NCBI GenBank assembly: GCA_964426725.1
Contig: CAYRRV010000004.1
Coordinates: 81,391-145,390, forward strand
Direction of reading: 5' to 3'
Length of the DNA stretch: 64,000 nt
Origin: an uncultured Bacteroidales bacterium
Lineage (GTDB): Bacteria; Bacteroidota; Bacteroidia; Bacteroidales; CAYRRV01
Shown: positions 10,342 to 19,522 of the stretch, in pieces
Layout: each line of letters starts with the position of its first letter
How positions within the stretch are numbered: the stretch's first letter is position 1
Made by a program: the position numbers and the translations under genes
The notes under the pieces: model-generated
Told to the model about the DNA's origin: nothing
Databases searched by the model: none
What the model saw: the letters and a program-made list of their open reading frames with translations, nothing else

Positions 10342-11360
10342 AAAAAGCTTATATATACCCTATTTCTGCCAGGATGAACACGGGAGTATTCAACCCATAC
10401 CTGGATAACTTTATACATCACAATAAAGAAATTCAATTCCTGAATGCTGAAAAGCCTTCTCCCGTGGGCATTTTTGATTTGGTAAAATATATACCACAAT
10501 CGGATTTAGTCTTTCTGAACTGGTTTGAAAACGTTCCCGAAAAAAAATTTGGTATAGCTCAGGCTATTTTTTTCTTTTTCCTGTTACCATACTTTAAGTT
10601 AACTGGAAAAAAAATTATCTGGACCCTGCACAACAAGCTTTCACACTCTAAAGAGCATTTTTTCTTAAAAAAAATAATATTTAACGGCCTTGCTCGATAT
10701 AGTGATATGATAATCACCCATTGCTCCGAAGGAGAGAAAATCATAAAAAGCCTGCAACCATTTTCTGAAAAGGAAATACTTATTTTCCCCCATCCAGTCG
10801 TCCCTGGAAACTTTGAACGCAATAAACACGAAAAAAGGAAATGTGACATTTTGATTTGGGGAACACTCGCTCCCTACAAGGGAGTTGATAAATTTCTTCG
10901 ATTTCTTAAAAATGCTGGTGTCGCGGGTAAGTTCAGGATTGTAATTGCCGGCAAAATCGTTGATGAGAATTACCGTGGTATTCTCACGCGTGAATTTACA
11001 CGAAATGTAATTCATCATGATCGTTTCCTTGATAATGAAGAATTACTTGAATTAATAAGATCTAGCAAAATTGTATTATTCCCTTACGCGAATGAAAGCG
11101 TGCTTAGCTCTGGCGCCCTGATGGATACACTTGCCTGGGGGGGTAATGTTATTGGCCCTGATAAAGGAGCATTCAAGGATCTCGGAAAAGAAGGACTGAT
11201 TAACACATTCCGTGATTATGACGACTTACTGAATCTTCTTCTTGAATTACCTGAAAAGCCGGATGAGGAAGGTATTTTTAATTACCTGCGAAAAATCACC
11301 TGGGAGGAATTCGCGGGAGAACTAAATAATAGAATCAAGAAAATTTCAAATGGGAAATGA
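10338..11360 (+). CDS. Glycosyltransferase, GT-B fold (GT4/GT1-like)
   Basis: The C-terminal half (ILIWGTLAPYKGVD...LFPYANESVLSSGALMDTLAWGGNVIGPDKGAFKDL) resembles the GT-B nucleotide-sugar binding domain. The ATG at 10338 gives an ATGA overlap with the upstream stop. The alternative ATG at 10290 would overlap by 52 nt. Confidence 0.55.
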   Translation: MKKAYIYPISARMNTGVFNPYLDNFIHHNKEIQFLNAEKPSPVGIFDLVKYIPQSDLVFLNWFENVPEKKFGIAQAIFFFFLLPYFKLTGKKIIWTLHNKLSHSKEHFFLKKIIFNGLARYSDMIITHCSEGEKIIKSLQPFSEKEILIFPHPVVPGNFERNKHEKRKCDILIWGTLAPYKGVDKFLRFLKNAGVAGKFRIVIAGKIVDENYRGILTREFTRNVIHHDRFLDNEELLELIRSSKIVLFPYANESVLSSGALMDTLAWGGNVIGPDKGAFKDLGKEGLINTFRDYDDLLNLLLELPEKPDEEGIFNYLRKITWEEFAGELNNRIKKISNGK

Positions 11361-12127
11361 ATACTACTCTCTACAATGTAAGGCTGAATATTTTAAATAC
11401 TGGCGAAACGATTGAACGTTGCAATTTATTCCTGAATGGGGAAAAAACTCGTACCCTGTTTTTTATCAACGCGCATTGCTTTAATACAGCTCAGAAAAAC
11501 GATGAATACCGTGAGGCACTAAATGGTGCCGATCTCGTGCTCAATGATGGTATCGGTATCTCTATAGCATCCAAAATAGCGGGAGTAAAAGTAAAAGAAA
11601 ACATGAATGGAACTGATTTCATTCCCAAACTACTCGGGTTGGCTAATGAAAAAAAAATGGGTGTGTATTTTTTGGGAGGGGAACCAGGGATCGCGAGAAT
11701 TGCAGCGAAAAGAATTCAGCGCTCAATTCCCGGAATTAAAATAAGTGGATATAATCATGGCTATAATACTAATAATGTAGACGTTATAAATAAAATAAAC
11801 CATTCGGGAGCACGATTACTAATTTGTGGAATGGGTGTCCCCTTGCAGGAATTATGGATCATGAATAATAAAGACTATCTTAAAAATGTAACTCTCGCTG
11901 TTGCCGGAGGGGCAATTCTTGACTTTCTTTCAGGTAAGGTGTCGCGAGCCCCTCTTTATCTTAGAAATATGCAACTCGAATGGATTTACAGGCTATCTAT
12001 TGAGCCTCGCAGGCTTTGGAAGAGATATTTATTAGGGAATTTTGTATTCTTATGCCAAATAATTTCTTTCAAGCTTAATTTAAAACGTTATAAAAAACCT
12101 AAAGATATTGCATTAACTGAACAATAG
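11357..12127 (+). CDS. WecB/TagA/CpsF family glycosyltransferase (GT26)
   Basis: FFINAHCFNTAQKNDEYREALNGADLVLNDGIGI, YFLGGEPG and LLICGMGVPLQELW are characteristic of GT26. ATGA overlap with the upstream gene. Confidence 0.85.
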   Translation: MNTTLYNVRLNILNTGETIERCNLFLNGEKTRTLFFINAHCFNTAQKNDEYREALNGADLVLNDGIGISIASKIAGVKVKENMNGTDFIPKLLGLANEKKMGVYFLGGEPGIARIAAKRIQRSIPGIKISGYNHGYNTNNVDVINKINHSGARLLICGMGVPLQELWIMNNKDYLKNVTLAVAGGAILDFLSGKVSRAPLYLRNMQLEWIYRLSIEPRRLWKRYLLGNFVFLCQIISFKLNLKRYKKPKDIALTEQ

Positions 12128-12168
12128 GATTGAAATGTTGTTAAGTAAATTAAAAATGATTTAGGGTG

Positions 12169-13035
12169 ATGAGGAAGAATTATATAGTGATAACACCAGC
12201 CAGAAATGAAGACGAGTATATAGGTAAAACACTTAAATCCATGGTTAAGCAAACTATTCTTCCCGTTGAATGGATAATTGTTAACGATGGTTCAACTGAT
12301 AATACAGCAGTAATTATTGAAGAATACATGAAGGATTACCCGTGGATAAAAAAAATTGACAATCCACCCAAGGAACATACACCCGGTGCTGGTGTCGTGA
12401 AAGCATTTTACACCGGATTCAGCAGGCGGCAAACCAATGGGTTTGATTTCGTGGTTAAGCTGGACGCGGATCTTTCTTTCGAACCTCATTATTTTGAATT
12501 CCAGCTAAAACAATTTGATAAAAATCCCACGCTTGGAATTACCAGTGGTGTAACATATGAAATTAAAAACAATGAACTGGTGCGCGATAGAATGCCAGAG
12601 GATCACACCCGCGGTGCAGCAAAGATGTACAGGAAAGAAGTACTGGATGAGATTGGAGGAATTCCCCTGGTACTGGGCTGGGATACAATTGATGAATTAA
12701 AAGCACAGATGGCAGGGTGGAAAACCCGAAGCTACCGTGAACTCGTTTTAACCCATTACAAGCCCATCGGTTTTAAACAAAAAAAAGTGCTCAAAAGGGA
12801 AACATTAGCGGGAGAAAGACTTAATTACCTCGGGTATCATCCCTTGTTTGCCCTCATGAAATGTGGCTACAAGATATTTCAGAAACCTTATTTAATAGGC
12901 GGGATGTTAATGACAGTTGGTTATCTTCATGCCCTTGTAGCCCGAAAACCTACCGTCAATGACAAGGATATGATTGATTATCTTAGAAGAAAACAAGTGC
13001 GAAGAATGACATTCCGGAACAAACTAATAAGTTAA
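12169..13035 (+). CDS. Family 2 glycosyltransferase
   Basis: IVITPARNEDEYIGKTLKSMVKQTILPVEWIIVNDGSTDNT and LDADL. A GTG one codon upstream (12166) is an alternative start. Confidence 0.8.
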   Translation: MRKNYIVITPARNEDEYIGKTLKSMVKQTILPVEWIIVNDGSTDNTAVIIEEYMKDYPWIKKIDNPPKEHTPGAGVVKAFYTGFSRRQTNGFDFVVKLDADLSFEPHYFEFQLKQFDKNPTLGITSGVTYEIKNNELVRDRMPEDHTRGAAKMYRKEVLDEIGGIPLVLGWDTIDELKAQMAGWKTRSYRELVLTHYKPIGFKQKKVLKRETLAGERLNYLGYHPLFALMKCGYKIFQKPYLIGGMLMTVGYLHALVARKPTVNDKDMIDYLRRKQVRRMTFRNKLIS

Positions 13036-13037
13036 TC

Positions 13038-14132
13038 TTGAAAATACTACACGTCACAAGACAATTTCATCCCCTCGTTGGAGGTCTCGAGAATTATGTA
13101 CTCGCGCTTGCTGAAGAACAAGTGAAAATGGGGCATGATGTTACAGTGGTAACACTCAACAAAAGTTTTATTGACGGGCAGAAATTACCTGCTACCGGGA
13201 AAATCAATAATATAAATGTTAAGCGTATCCCCTATTCCGGCGTTAAAAAATATCCTCTTGCTCCTTCCGTGTTTAAACATTTAAAGAATCATGATTTAAT
13301 TCATGTTCATGCTGTCGACTTTTTTCTTGATTTCATAGCCTTTACCAAAGTTTTTCATAAAAAGAAATTCGTGTTACATACCCACGGGGGATTTTTCCAT
13401 ACAAGTTGGGCCAGGATTTTCAAGAAAATATTCTTTCATACAATAACTCGTGCCAGCCTGCTTGCCGTTCATAAAGTAGTTGCCAGTAGTGATAACGATT
13501 ACAAAACTTTTTCAGACATCTCTCGAAAAATTATAAGAATTGATAACGGCGTTCAGGTAAATAAATTCATCCGTGTTTCTAAAGAAAGCATTGAGAAAAA
13601 TACGATCATTTACATCGGCAGGATTGATATTCATAAAGGCATTGGTAAACTGATCGATCTTATTGCATACCTTCATGCCAATGGCAGTCGGGCAACCCTT
13701 AGAGTAGTAGGCCCCGACTGGAAGGGCCTGGTCCCTTCTTTTTTAAAAAAAGCTGCTGATGCTGGTGTATCAGATTCGGTTCATTTCCTGGGTATAGTTG
13801 ACAATGATACAATGCTGGAGGAATTATCAAAGGCATGTGTTTTTGTTTCTGCATCCGAATACGAGGGATTTGGAATATCAGCCGTCGAGGCAATGGCATC
13901 AGGTACTCCTTGTATTTTGAATGATATTCCCAGTTTCCGCAAGATTGCAAATGGAAGTAGCTTTGCTAAAATTGTTAACTACAATAAAATACAGGAAGCC
14001 GCTGAAGCAGTTAACTATTTCCTTAACCTGGATTCAGCGGAATATCTAAATGCCGGAGTGATGTCAAGAAAAACTGCACAGAAATATAGCTGGAGTACCG
14101 TGGCCAAAAGTATCATGAAAGAAATCATTTAA
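13038..14132 (+). CDS. Family 4 glycosyltransferase (GT-B, retaining)
   Basis: MKILHVTRQFHPLVGGLENY and the SEYEGFGISAVEAMASGTPCILNDIPSF (E-x7-E) motif. TTG start. Confidence 0.85.
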   Translation: MKILHVTRQFHPLVGGLENYVLALAEEQVKMGHDVTVVTLNKSFIDGQKLPATGKINNINVKRIPYSGVKKYPLAPSVFKHLKNHDLIHVHAVDFFLDFIAFTKVFHKKKFVLHTHGGFFHTSWARIFKKIFFHTITRASLLAVHKVVASSDNDYKTFSDISRKIIRIDNGVQVNKFIRVSKESIEKNTIIYIGRIDIHKGIGKLIDLIAYLHANGSRATLRVVGPDWKGLVPSFLKKAADAGVSDSVHFLGIVDNDTMLEELSKACVFVSASEYEGFGISAVEAMASGTPCILNDIPSFRKIANGSSFAKIVNYNKIQEAAEAVNYFLNLDSAEYLNAGVMSRKTAQKYSWSTVAKSIMKEII

Positions 14133-15135
14133 TATTCATACCGGAAGCCTCAGCCCGGGAAGAACCATCATTACCAGTTGTATTCGCGAATTTCAACTTG
14201 TTTTTTTTTATAGAATCAATTATTCGTGAGGTAAATAAACCAGCGTCCTCGGAATACAGATGATGAATATCTGTTGTCCTGTATTTCCCGGATTCTTCTA
14301 TAAAGTTAAAGTATGCAATACCCGTTTCACGGGAGATATCAAGTATAATGGAATCGAATTCGGGAAAATTCACTTTTTCGATTTCAGCCATCTCCCTTGA
14401 GACAGGTAATCTCACCAAGTAGACATCCCCGTGTTCCTTCAAAAACCGGACCGTTTCTTCAAGATAAAAGACCCTTTTCATTGAAATAATCTGATCTTTA
14501 GCCGAATAATCCTTTTTTTGCATGGATATCCTCTCCTGAATACTTGCAGAATCCATTGGTACCCGCACCTCCAGCCATCCATTGGGATGAAGTGAATAAA
14601 ATTGATCATAACCTATGGAAGTTTTAAATACACGTATGAATGGCGAGAATTTATTGGTCCAGTAATTCATAAGATATTCGAAATTCGGGTTTCTTGTACT
14701 CGACTTTAAATTTCCAACGAACAATTTTCGCTTGTACTCGAAAAACTCCTCGGGATCATCTCTCCTGTTTGATGTATCAGTGGAAATACTCCAAGGGTCG
14801 ACAGCAAGAATGTAAATTCCGGTTCTCACGGTAGAATCAATTTTTTTCTTTACTTCCTTCAGGTAATTTGGACCGTAATTACTTGGTCCTACCGCGAACG
14901 CGTGATTCAATATCCGGTTGTTATCATTACAAAGGTTTTCATTTAATACATCTGGTCTGATTCCCTGTGCTGCCCTGGAAGTACCTAGAATCATTGATTG
15001 GGCCGGCGGGGTAGTAAAACGATAATAAAAATCATCCACGAGATCGGGCCTCAGGTATATCATTAGAATATATCCCCCGATGAGGAATGCCAATAACGAA
15101 AAATAAACTACAACCTTTTTTAAAAAATCACTCAT
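14125..15135 (-). CDS. Membrane-anchored protein, putative AlgJ/AlgX/DltD-like partner of the adjacent MBOAT (polysaccharide O-acylation)
   Basis: A single N-terminal TM helix followed by about 300 aa, lying 3 nt downstream of the MBOAT gene. MILGTSRAAQGI resembles the DltD/DUF1574-type N-terminal motif. The call rests mainly on context. Confidence 0.4.
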   Translation of the reverse strand: MSDFLKKVVVYFSLLAFLIGGYILMIYLRPDLVDDFYYRFTTPPAQSMILGTSRAAQGIRPDVLNENLCNDNNRILNHAFAVGPSNYGPNYLKEVKKKIDSTVRTGIYILAVDPWSISTDTSNRRDDPEEFFEYKRKLFVGNLKSSTRNPNFEYLMNYWTNKFSPFIRVFKTSIGYDQFYSLHPNGWLEVRVPMDSASIQERISMQKKDYSAKDQIISMKRVFYLEETVRFLKEHGDVYLVRLPVSREMAEIEKVNFPEFDSIILDISRETGIAYFNFIEESGKYRTTDIHHLYSEDAGLFTSRIIDSIKKNKLKFANTTGNDGSSRAEASGMNIK

Positions 15136-15138
15136 ACC

Positions 15139-16572
15139 CTAAAACTGAAAATAAATAAATTGTGATGGATTATTATTATAGGATAATACAAGAACAATGC
15201 CCAGGAATAAATAGGTAGCCCAACGTGGAACAAGTGGCATATTAACTCTCTCCAGCCCATATTCCCTGTCGCGGTTCAACCATTCAATAACCAGGAAAAG
15301 GGCAATAATCAACAAAAATGCCACATCAGACAGGTTGGGAATGTCTTTAAAGAATGAACCAAACATGCTCCCGATATAATCGAATGCCATGCCAATATTA
15401 TTAGCCCGGAAAAATATCCAGGCGATAAGAGTCAGGAAGAAAGTAAATAAAATCTGACCAGTTTCCCTGAGGGATGGAAACAGTTTTCCCTTGGCTACTA
15501 TATCAAGGTTTTTCCTGTTCTGCTTCATTAACATGAGGGGGATGAAATATAATCCGTTAAGAAATCCCCAAAATATAAAAGTCCAGTTCGCACCATGCCA
15601 AAATCCACTCACCGTGAAAATGATAATCACGTTTCTGATTTTTTTCCATTTCGATCCCCGGCTTCCTCCCAGGGGAATATAAAGATAATCCCGAAACCAT
15701 GATGAAAGAGAAATGTGCCATCGCCGCCAGAATTCAGCGATATCTCGGCTAAAATAAGGAAACGCGAAATTTCTCATCAGGTTAAAGCCGAATAACCGGG
15801 CCGTACCAATAGCAATATCAGAATATCCTGAGAAATCACCATAGATTTGGAATGCAAAATAAACCGCTCCTAAAAGAAGTGTTGCCCCACTGTACTGTTG
15901 GTAATTTCCAAATATTTCATTCACGTATATGGCAGCAGTATCAGCAATAATAACTTTTTTAAATAGTCCCCAAAGAATTTGCCTCATCCCGTCTTTAGCC
16001 ATGCTTGCATTAAATTGCCTTGGCTTTTCAAACTGCGGCAACAGATTAGATGCCCTTTCAATTGGACCTGCCACCAGTTGTGGGAAAAAACTCACGAAAG
16101 CGAAAAAAGCAATTAAATCCCTGGTTGGCTCCAGGTTTCTTCGGTATATGTCAATAGTATAACTAAGCGTTTGAAAAGTATAAAAACTAATTCCAACCGG
16201 CAGAATAATATTTAAAGTTCGTGAATGAATATGAATTCCTGATGAAGCAAATGCCTCAACAAAAGAATCTATAAAGAAATTATAATACTTGAAAAAGCCA
16301 AGAAAGCCAAGATTTATCGCAATGCTCAAACCAAGAATAATCTTTCTTTTCCTATCTACATCAGTTTTATGTATTAATCTGCCCAGGAAGTAATCAGCAA
16401 ATGAACTTATAATTATGAGCGACAAGAACCTCCAATCCCACCACCCGTAAAAAATATAACTCACCGTGAGCAACAAAAAATTCTGTGTTTTTAAATTTTT
16501 ATTTATAACAAACCAATACAGCAGAAATACTGTAGGAAGGAATATCACGTATTCTATTGAATTAAATAACAT
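15139..16572 (-). CDS. MBOAT family O-acyltransferase (AlgI/DltB-like)
   Basis: 477 aa. SFYTFQTLSYTIDIYR, FVSFFPQLVAGPIERA, DFWRRWHISLSSWFRDYLYIPLGGSR and SGFWHGANW (catalytic His) are classic AlgI/DltB motifs. Confidence 0.9.
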   Translation of the reverse strand: MLFNSIEYVIFLPTVFLLYWFVINKNLKTQNFLLLTVSYIFYGWWDWRFLSLIIISSFADYFLGRLIHKTDVDRKRKIILGLSIAINLGFLGFFKYYNFFIDSFVEAFASSGIHIHSRTLNIILPVGISFYTFQTLSYTIDIYRRNLEPTRDLIAFFAFVSFFPQLVAGPIERASNLLPQFEKPRQFNASMAKDGMRQILWGLFKKVIIADTAAIYVNEIFGNYQQYSGATLLLGAVYFAFQIYGDFSGYSDIAIGTARLFGFNLMRNFAFPYFSRDIAEFWRRWHISLSSWFRDYLYIPLGGSRGSKWKKIRNVIIIFTVSGFWHGANWTFIFWGFLNGLYFIPLMLMKQNRKNLDIVAKGKLFPSLRETGQILFTFFLTLIAWIFFRANNIGMAFDYIGSMFGSFFKDIPNLSDVAFLLIIALFLVIEWLNRDREYGLERVNMPLVPRWATYLFLGIVLVLSYNNNPSQFIYFQF

Positions 16573-16741
16573 AGGGTTTCAGAATTTCAGAAAAAGATAT
16601 AAAATTACCTCAACTCAATGACTATAAACAATCCTGTCTTGATAATGTTGAATATTCTTTCCGATTTTTTGTGAAAAAACAAGCTGTTTTTGATGAAGAT
16701 AATAATTTACTTTCATGTACCAGAGAAATCCCTATATAATA

Positions 16742-17743
16742 TTAATGAAACATGTTCAGGTAAATACTATAGACCAAACATCCAAAAAGTTCTTTTGAAA
16801 TACTCAAAAACTCCATAAGATAGGACTTCGAGAAATGATTGTATGGGAATTCCCTCCCGGGATTAATTCTGACAACTCCCGTTTTAATATCTGGCCCGAG
16901 TACCTTACTAAAAATTATCCAGCTCCTTCTGGCATGGGTCCCGTATGAAATAAGATTAACCGAATCGGGTAAATTTCCTTCCCGGGATCCATAATTAAAA
17001 AGATCCCTGGCACTGGAAAAAGTCCTGTTTATAATTCGGGCATGATTGGTTACGCTTCTTATCGTGCTACCCCGGATTCCACTTGAAATAATTCTCCATG
17101 CCATAACATCTGCATAATTGGTAAATTTCGCAGGCAGGATATTCACGCTATCAAGCTTGTACTTATCATAATAAACCCCAGGCGAACGGGCTTTAATCTC
17201 TAATTCACCATTTATTATTACAGATTTAACGGCCAGGTTACGGTCCCGGTACCTGGTATAGCCATCATTATCATAATGAATTAAAAGTGAAGCCAATTTT
17301 GGTTCATTAACCTGGTATGAAAAAGTATCGAATTCTTCAGCAACAAAACCCTCTCCAATTTCTATTTCATCATTAACAAGAACGCGGAAACGCGGAAATA
17401 CATTACCGGCTCGTTGACCCTTCATAATTAATTTAATTTCCTGTATATTTTCCTTATAAAAGGAATCAAGACTAAAAATAAGATAACCATTTTCTGCCAT
17501 TACATATTCTTCCGGCAAAGGACCGCCAACAGTGTAAATTCTATCAGCTTCCTCTAATAATGGCCTAACCCGATCAAGTGCTTCACCGGGTAACCAGCCT
17601 TCAATAATATATGAATTCGTGGCTAACGGATCGTGTAGAGAAAGAAAAGATTTTATTTTCTCATAGTATATCGTGTAAAAAACTATATAAATGGTCAATA
17701 AAAAGAGAAAAAGCAAAAAAAAAGTAATGGTCAGTTTTTTCAA
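16742..17743 (-). CDS. Membrane-anchored ElyC/SanA/YdcF (DUF218)-like protein with an inserted beta-sandwich (CBM-like) segment
   Basis: N-terminal TM, then YIIEGWLPGEALD...IYTVGGPLP, and C-terminal ISYGTHARRSWIIFSKVLG, resembling DUF218. The middle segment (DNDGYTRYRDRNLAVKSVIINGELEI) resembles CBM6/35/36-like carbohydrate-binding modules. Recognised from memory only. Confidence 0.35.
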   Translation of the reverse strand: MKKLTITFFLLFLFLLTIYIVFYTIYYEKIKSFLSLHDPLATNSYIIEGWLPGEALDRVRPLLEEADRIYTVGGPLPEEYVMAENGYLIFSLDSFYKENIQEIKLIMKGQRAGNVFPRFRVLVNDEIEIGEGFVAEEFDTFSYQVNEPKLASLLIHYDNDGYTRYRDRNLAVKSVIINGELEIKARSPGVYYDKYKLDSVNILPAKFTNYADVMAWRIISSGIRGSTIRSVTNHARIINRTFSSARDLFNYGSREGNLPDSVNLISYGTHARRSWIIFSKVLGPDIKTGVVRINPGREFPYNHFSKSYLMEFLSISKELFGCLVYSIYLNMFH

Positions 17744-17755
17744 ATCAATTATCTT

Positions 17756-19375
17756 TTAAAATTTCAAGATTCTTCCAGTTGATACTTGTTTATTATTACT
17801 GTTAATTAATTGGTAGATCAAAACTCCTTTATAATTAGCCTCAAGGTTTAATTCAACCTCCCTGTTTTCAATTCTGTCTTTCACAAATAACTTTTTTCCT
17901 TGCAAATCATATAAAATTAACCTGAAAGGAAAACCTGTTGTATAAAAAATTTTAAGTTTTGTAAAGTCCACGAAAGGATTTGGAATGAAAATCATCCCAC
18001 TTGTTGTATACTCAAACGCTCCTATATCAGGTGGATTTTCATCCGCGAGAGGGGTCCCGTTTATATCACCCAATAATCCTAAATTTCTGCCGGCATCAAT
18101 GCAAGGTGATGTTTTGGATATGCTGAAATTACCGTTGGATACATCAATGAATTCAGGGTCTGCAACCAGCGAATGCCTACCCTGTCCTGTTCTTTCAGTG
18201 AATTCCATAAGGCTGCCAATGTAACCCGAGCGAATATTCAACATTTGTGAATGTTCAAAATTATAAAGATTATGAGAAGCATCTATTTTACCAGAATTAA
18301 GATGTATAGCTGTTTGAGAATTGTCTTTGAAAAAGAAGATATTATTATATGCTAATAGCTGGTCTTTTTGCGATATAATCCCTTTGTTACAATTAAAAAA
18401 TACATTATTATAAGACCTTAGAACAGAGCCTGAAGGATGAGCACTATTCAATGCCCATTCAAAATCTTCGAAAATATTATAATATAAAGTTAAATTACTT
18501 GAAGAATTATAAATGCCATTGTGTCCATTTCTGAAATAATTATACCTGAATGTCATATTTGCACCATCTGTAAGGTAAACTGCTCCTCCCCCTTCCGAGA
18601 GCTTTTGTGAAATACAAATATTGGATTCAAAAATACTTCCTGATTTATTCCGCGGGCTAATTGCAATAAAGCAGAACTTATTTCCCGTGGAAGAATGATC
18701 GAGTATATTCCCGTGAATATGAAACTTGTCGAAATAACCCAGTTGAATGCAATCCCCACCGGAATATGATTGATCCTGATTCGTGAACCATTTTTGATTG
18801 ACATCGTATACATGGCATTCAGTGATTTCTATATCTTCAAGTTCCGAAATAAACATTCCATCATCACGTGTATTAAAAACCTCGCAGCCTTTTATTAATA
18901 ATTTCCCGGTATGCTGTATTGACCTTATCCCATAGTTAGCACCATGGATTTTGCAATTTACAAGTGAAATATTATGGGACGAATTAATACCAATGCAGGT
19001 GGTAGCAAGCGTCAACGAAATAATTTCAATATCCTGAACAGTAACATTTTCGGACTTACCTATGTCAATAATCTTTTCTTTTTCAGTCGCGTTTGATTGA
19101 ATCACGGGTCTCTCTCCTTCACCATACGCCCCAATTATAACATTAGATGAATGAATATTAATCTCAGCAGGTATAAAAGCAACAGTGCCTCTTTTCTGAA
19201 GGTAAGTGACATTACTTTCAATCCTGATATCTGTCCAGGAGTCAAAGGGATTAGAAAAAGAACCATTTTTGTCAGAATTATTTTTGTTCCCGGGATCGAT
19301 GTATATGGTCTTGCTCTGTCCGAAAACCACAAGAGATTTTAAGATGAACAACAGGCTGACTATAATAATTCTCAT
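17756..19375 (-). CDS. Secreted right-handed parallel beta-helix protein with a T9SS C-terminal sorting domain; paralog of the N-terminal domain of the 1411-aa neighbour
   Basis: Signal peptide MRIIIVSLLFILKSLVVFGQS. TIYIDPGN...NPFDSWTDI...TYLQKRGT...IGAYGEGERPVIQS aligns with the neighbour. Repeated beta-helix rungs (INSSHNISLVNCKIHGANYGIRS...). C-terminal IPNPF...YDLQGKK...GVLIYQL Por-type domain. The track start at 19423 is a TTG, so the ATG at 19375 is preferred. Confidence 0.75.
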   Translation of the reverse strand: MRIIIVSLLFILKSLVVFGQSKTIYIDPGNKNNSDKNGSFSNPFDSWTDIRIESNVTYLQKRGTVAFIPAEINIHSSNVIIGAYGEGERPVIQSNATEKEKIIDIGKSENVTVQDIEIISLTLATTCIGINSSHNISLVNCKIHGANYGIRSIQHTGKLLIKGCEVFNTRDDGMFISELEDIEITECHVYDVNQKWFTNQDQSYSGGDCIQLGYFDKFHIHGNILDHSSTGNKFCFIAISPRNKSGSIFESNICISQKLSEGGGAVYLTDGANMTFRYNYFRNGHNGIYNSSSNLTLYYNIFEDFEWALNSAHPSGSVLRSYNNVFFNCNKGIISQKDQLLAYNNIFFFKDNSQTAIHLNSGKIDASHNLYNFEHSQMLNIRSGYIGSLMEFTERTGQGRHSLVADPEFIDVSNGNFSISKTSPCIDAGRNLGLLGDINGTPLADENPPDIGAFEYTTSGMIFIPNPFVDFTKLKIFYTTGFPFRLILYDLQGKKLFVKDRIENREVELNLEANYKGVLIYQLINSNNKQVSTGRILKF

Positions 19376-19467
19376 GTTCAGGGATTTTTTATTTAACCTT
19401 ACCTCACCAAACTTCATGAACAAACATCAATTTAAACAGTTAACAATTAAAATTTGTTTACAGAACA

Positions 19468-19500
19468 TAAAAAAAAGGCACTCCTTTTCAGCAGTGCCTT
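19468..19500 (-). terminator. Rho-independent terminator downstream of the 1411-aa gene
   Basis: GGCACT (19477-19482) and AGTGCC (19493-19498) form the stem. On the minus strand the stem is followed by a T-run of about 8 (plus-strand A-run 19469-19476). Confidence 0.6.
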
Positions 19501-19522
19501 TTCAGAAAAAATGATCCTTATT

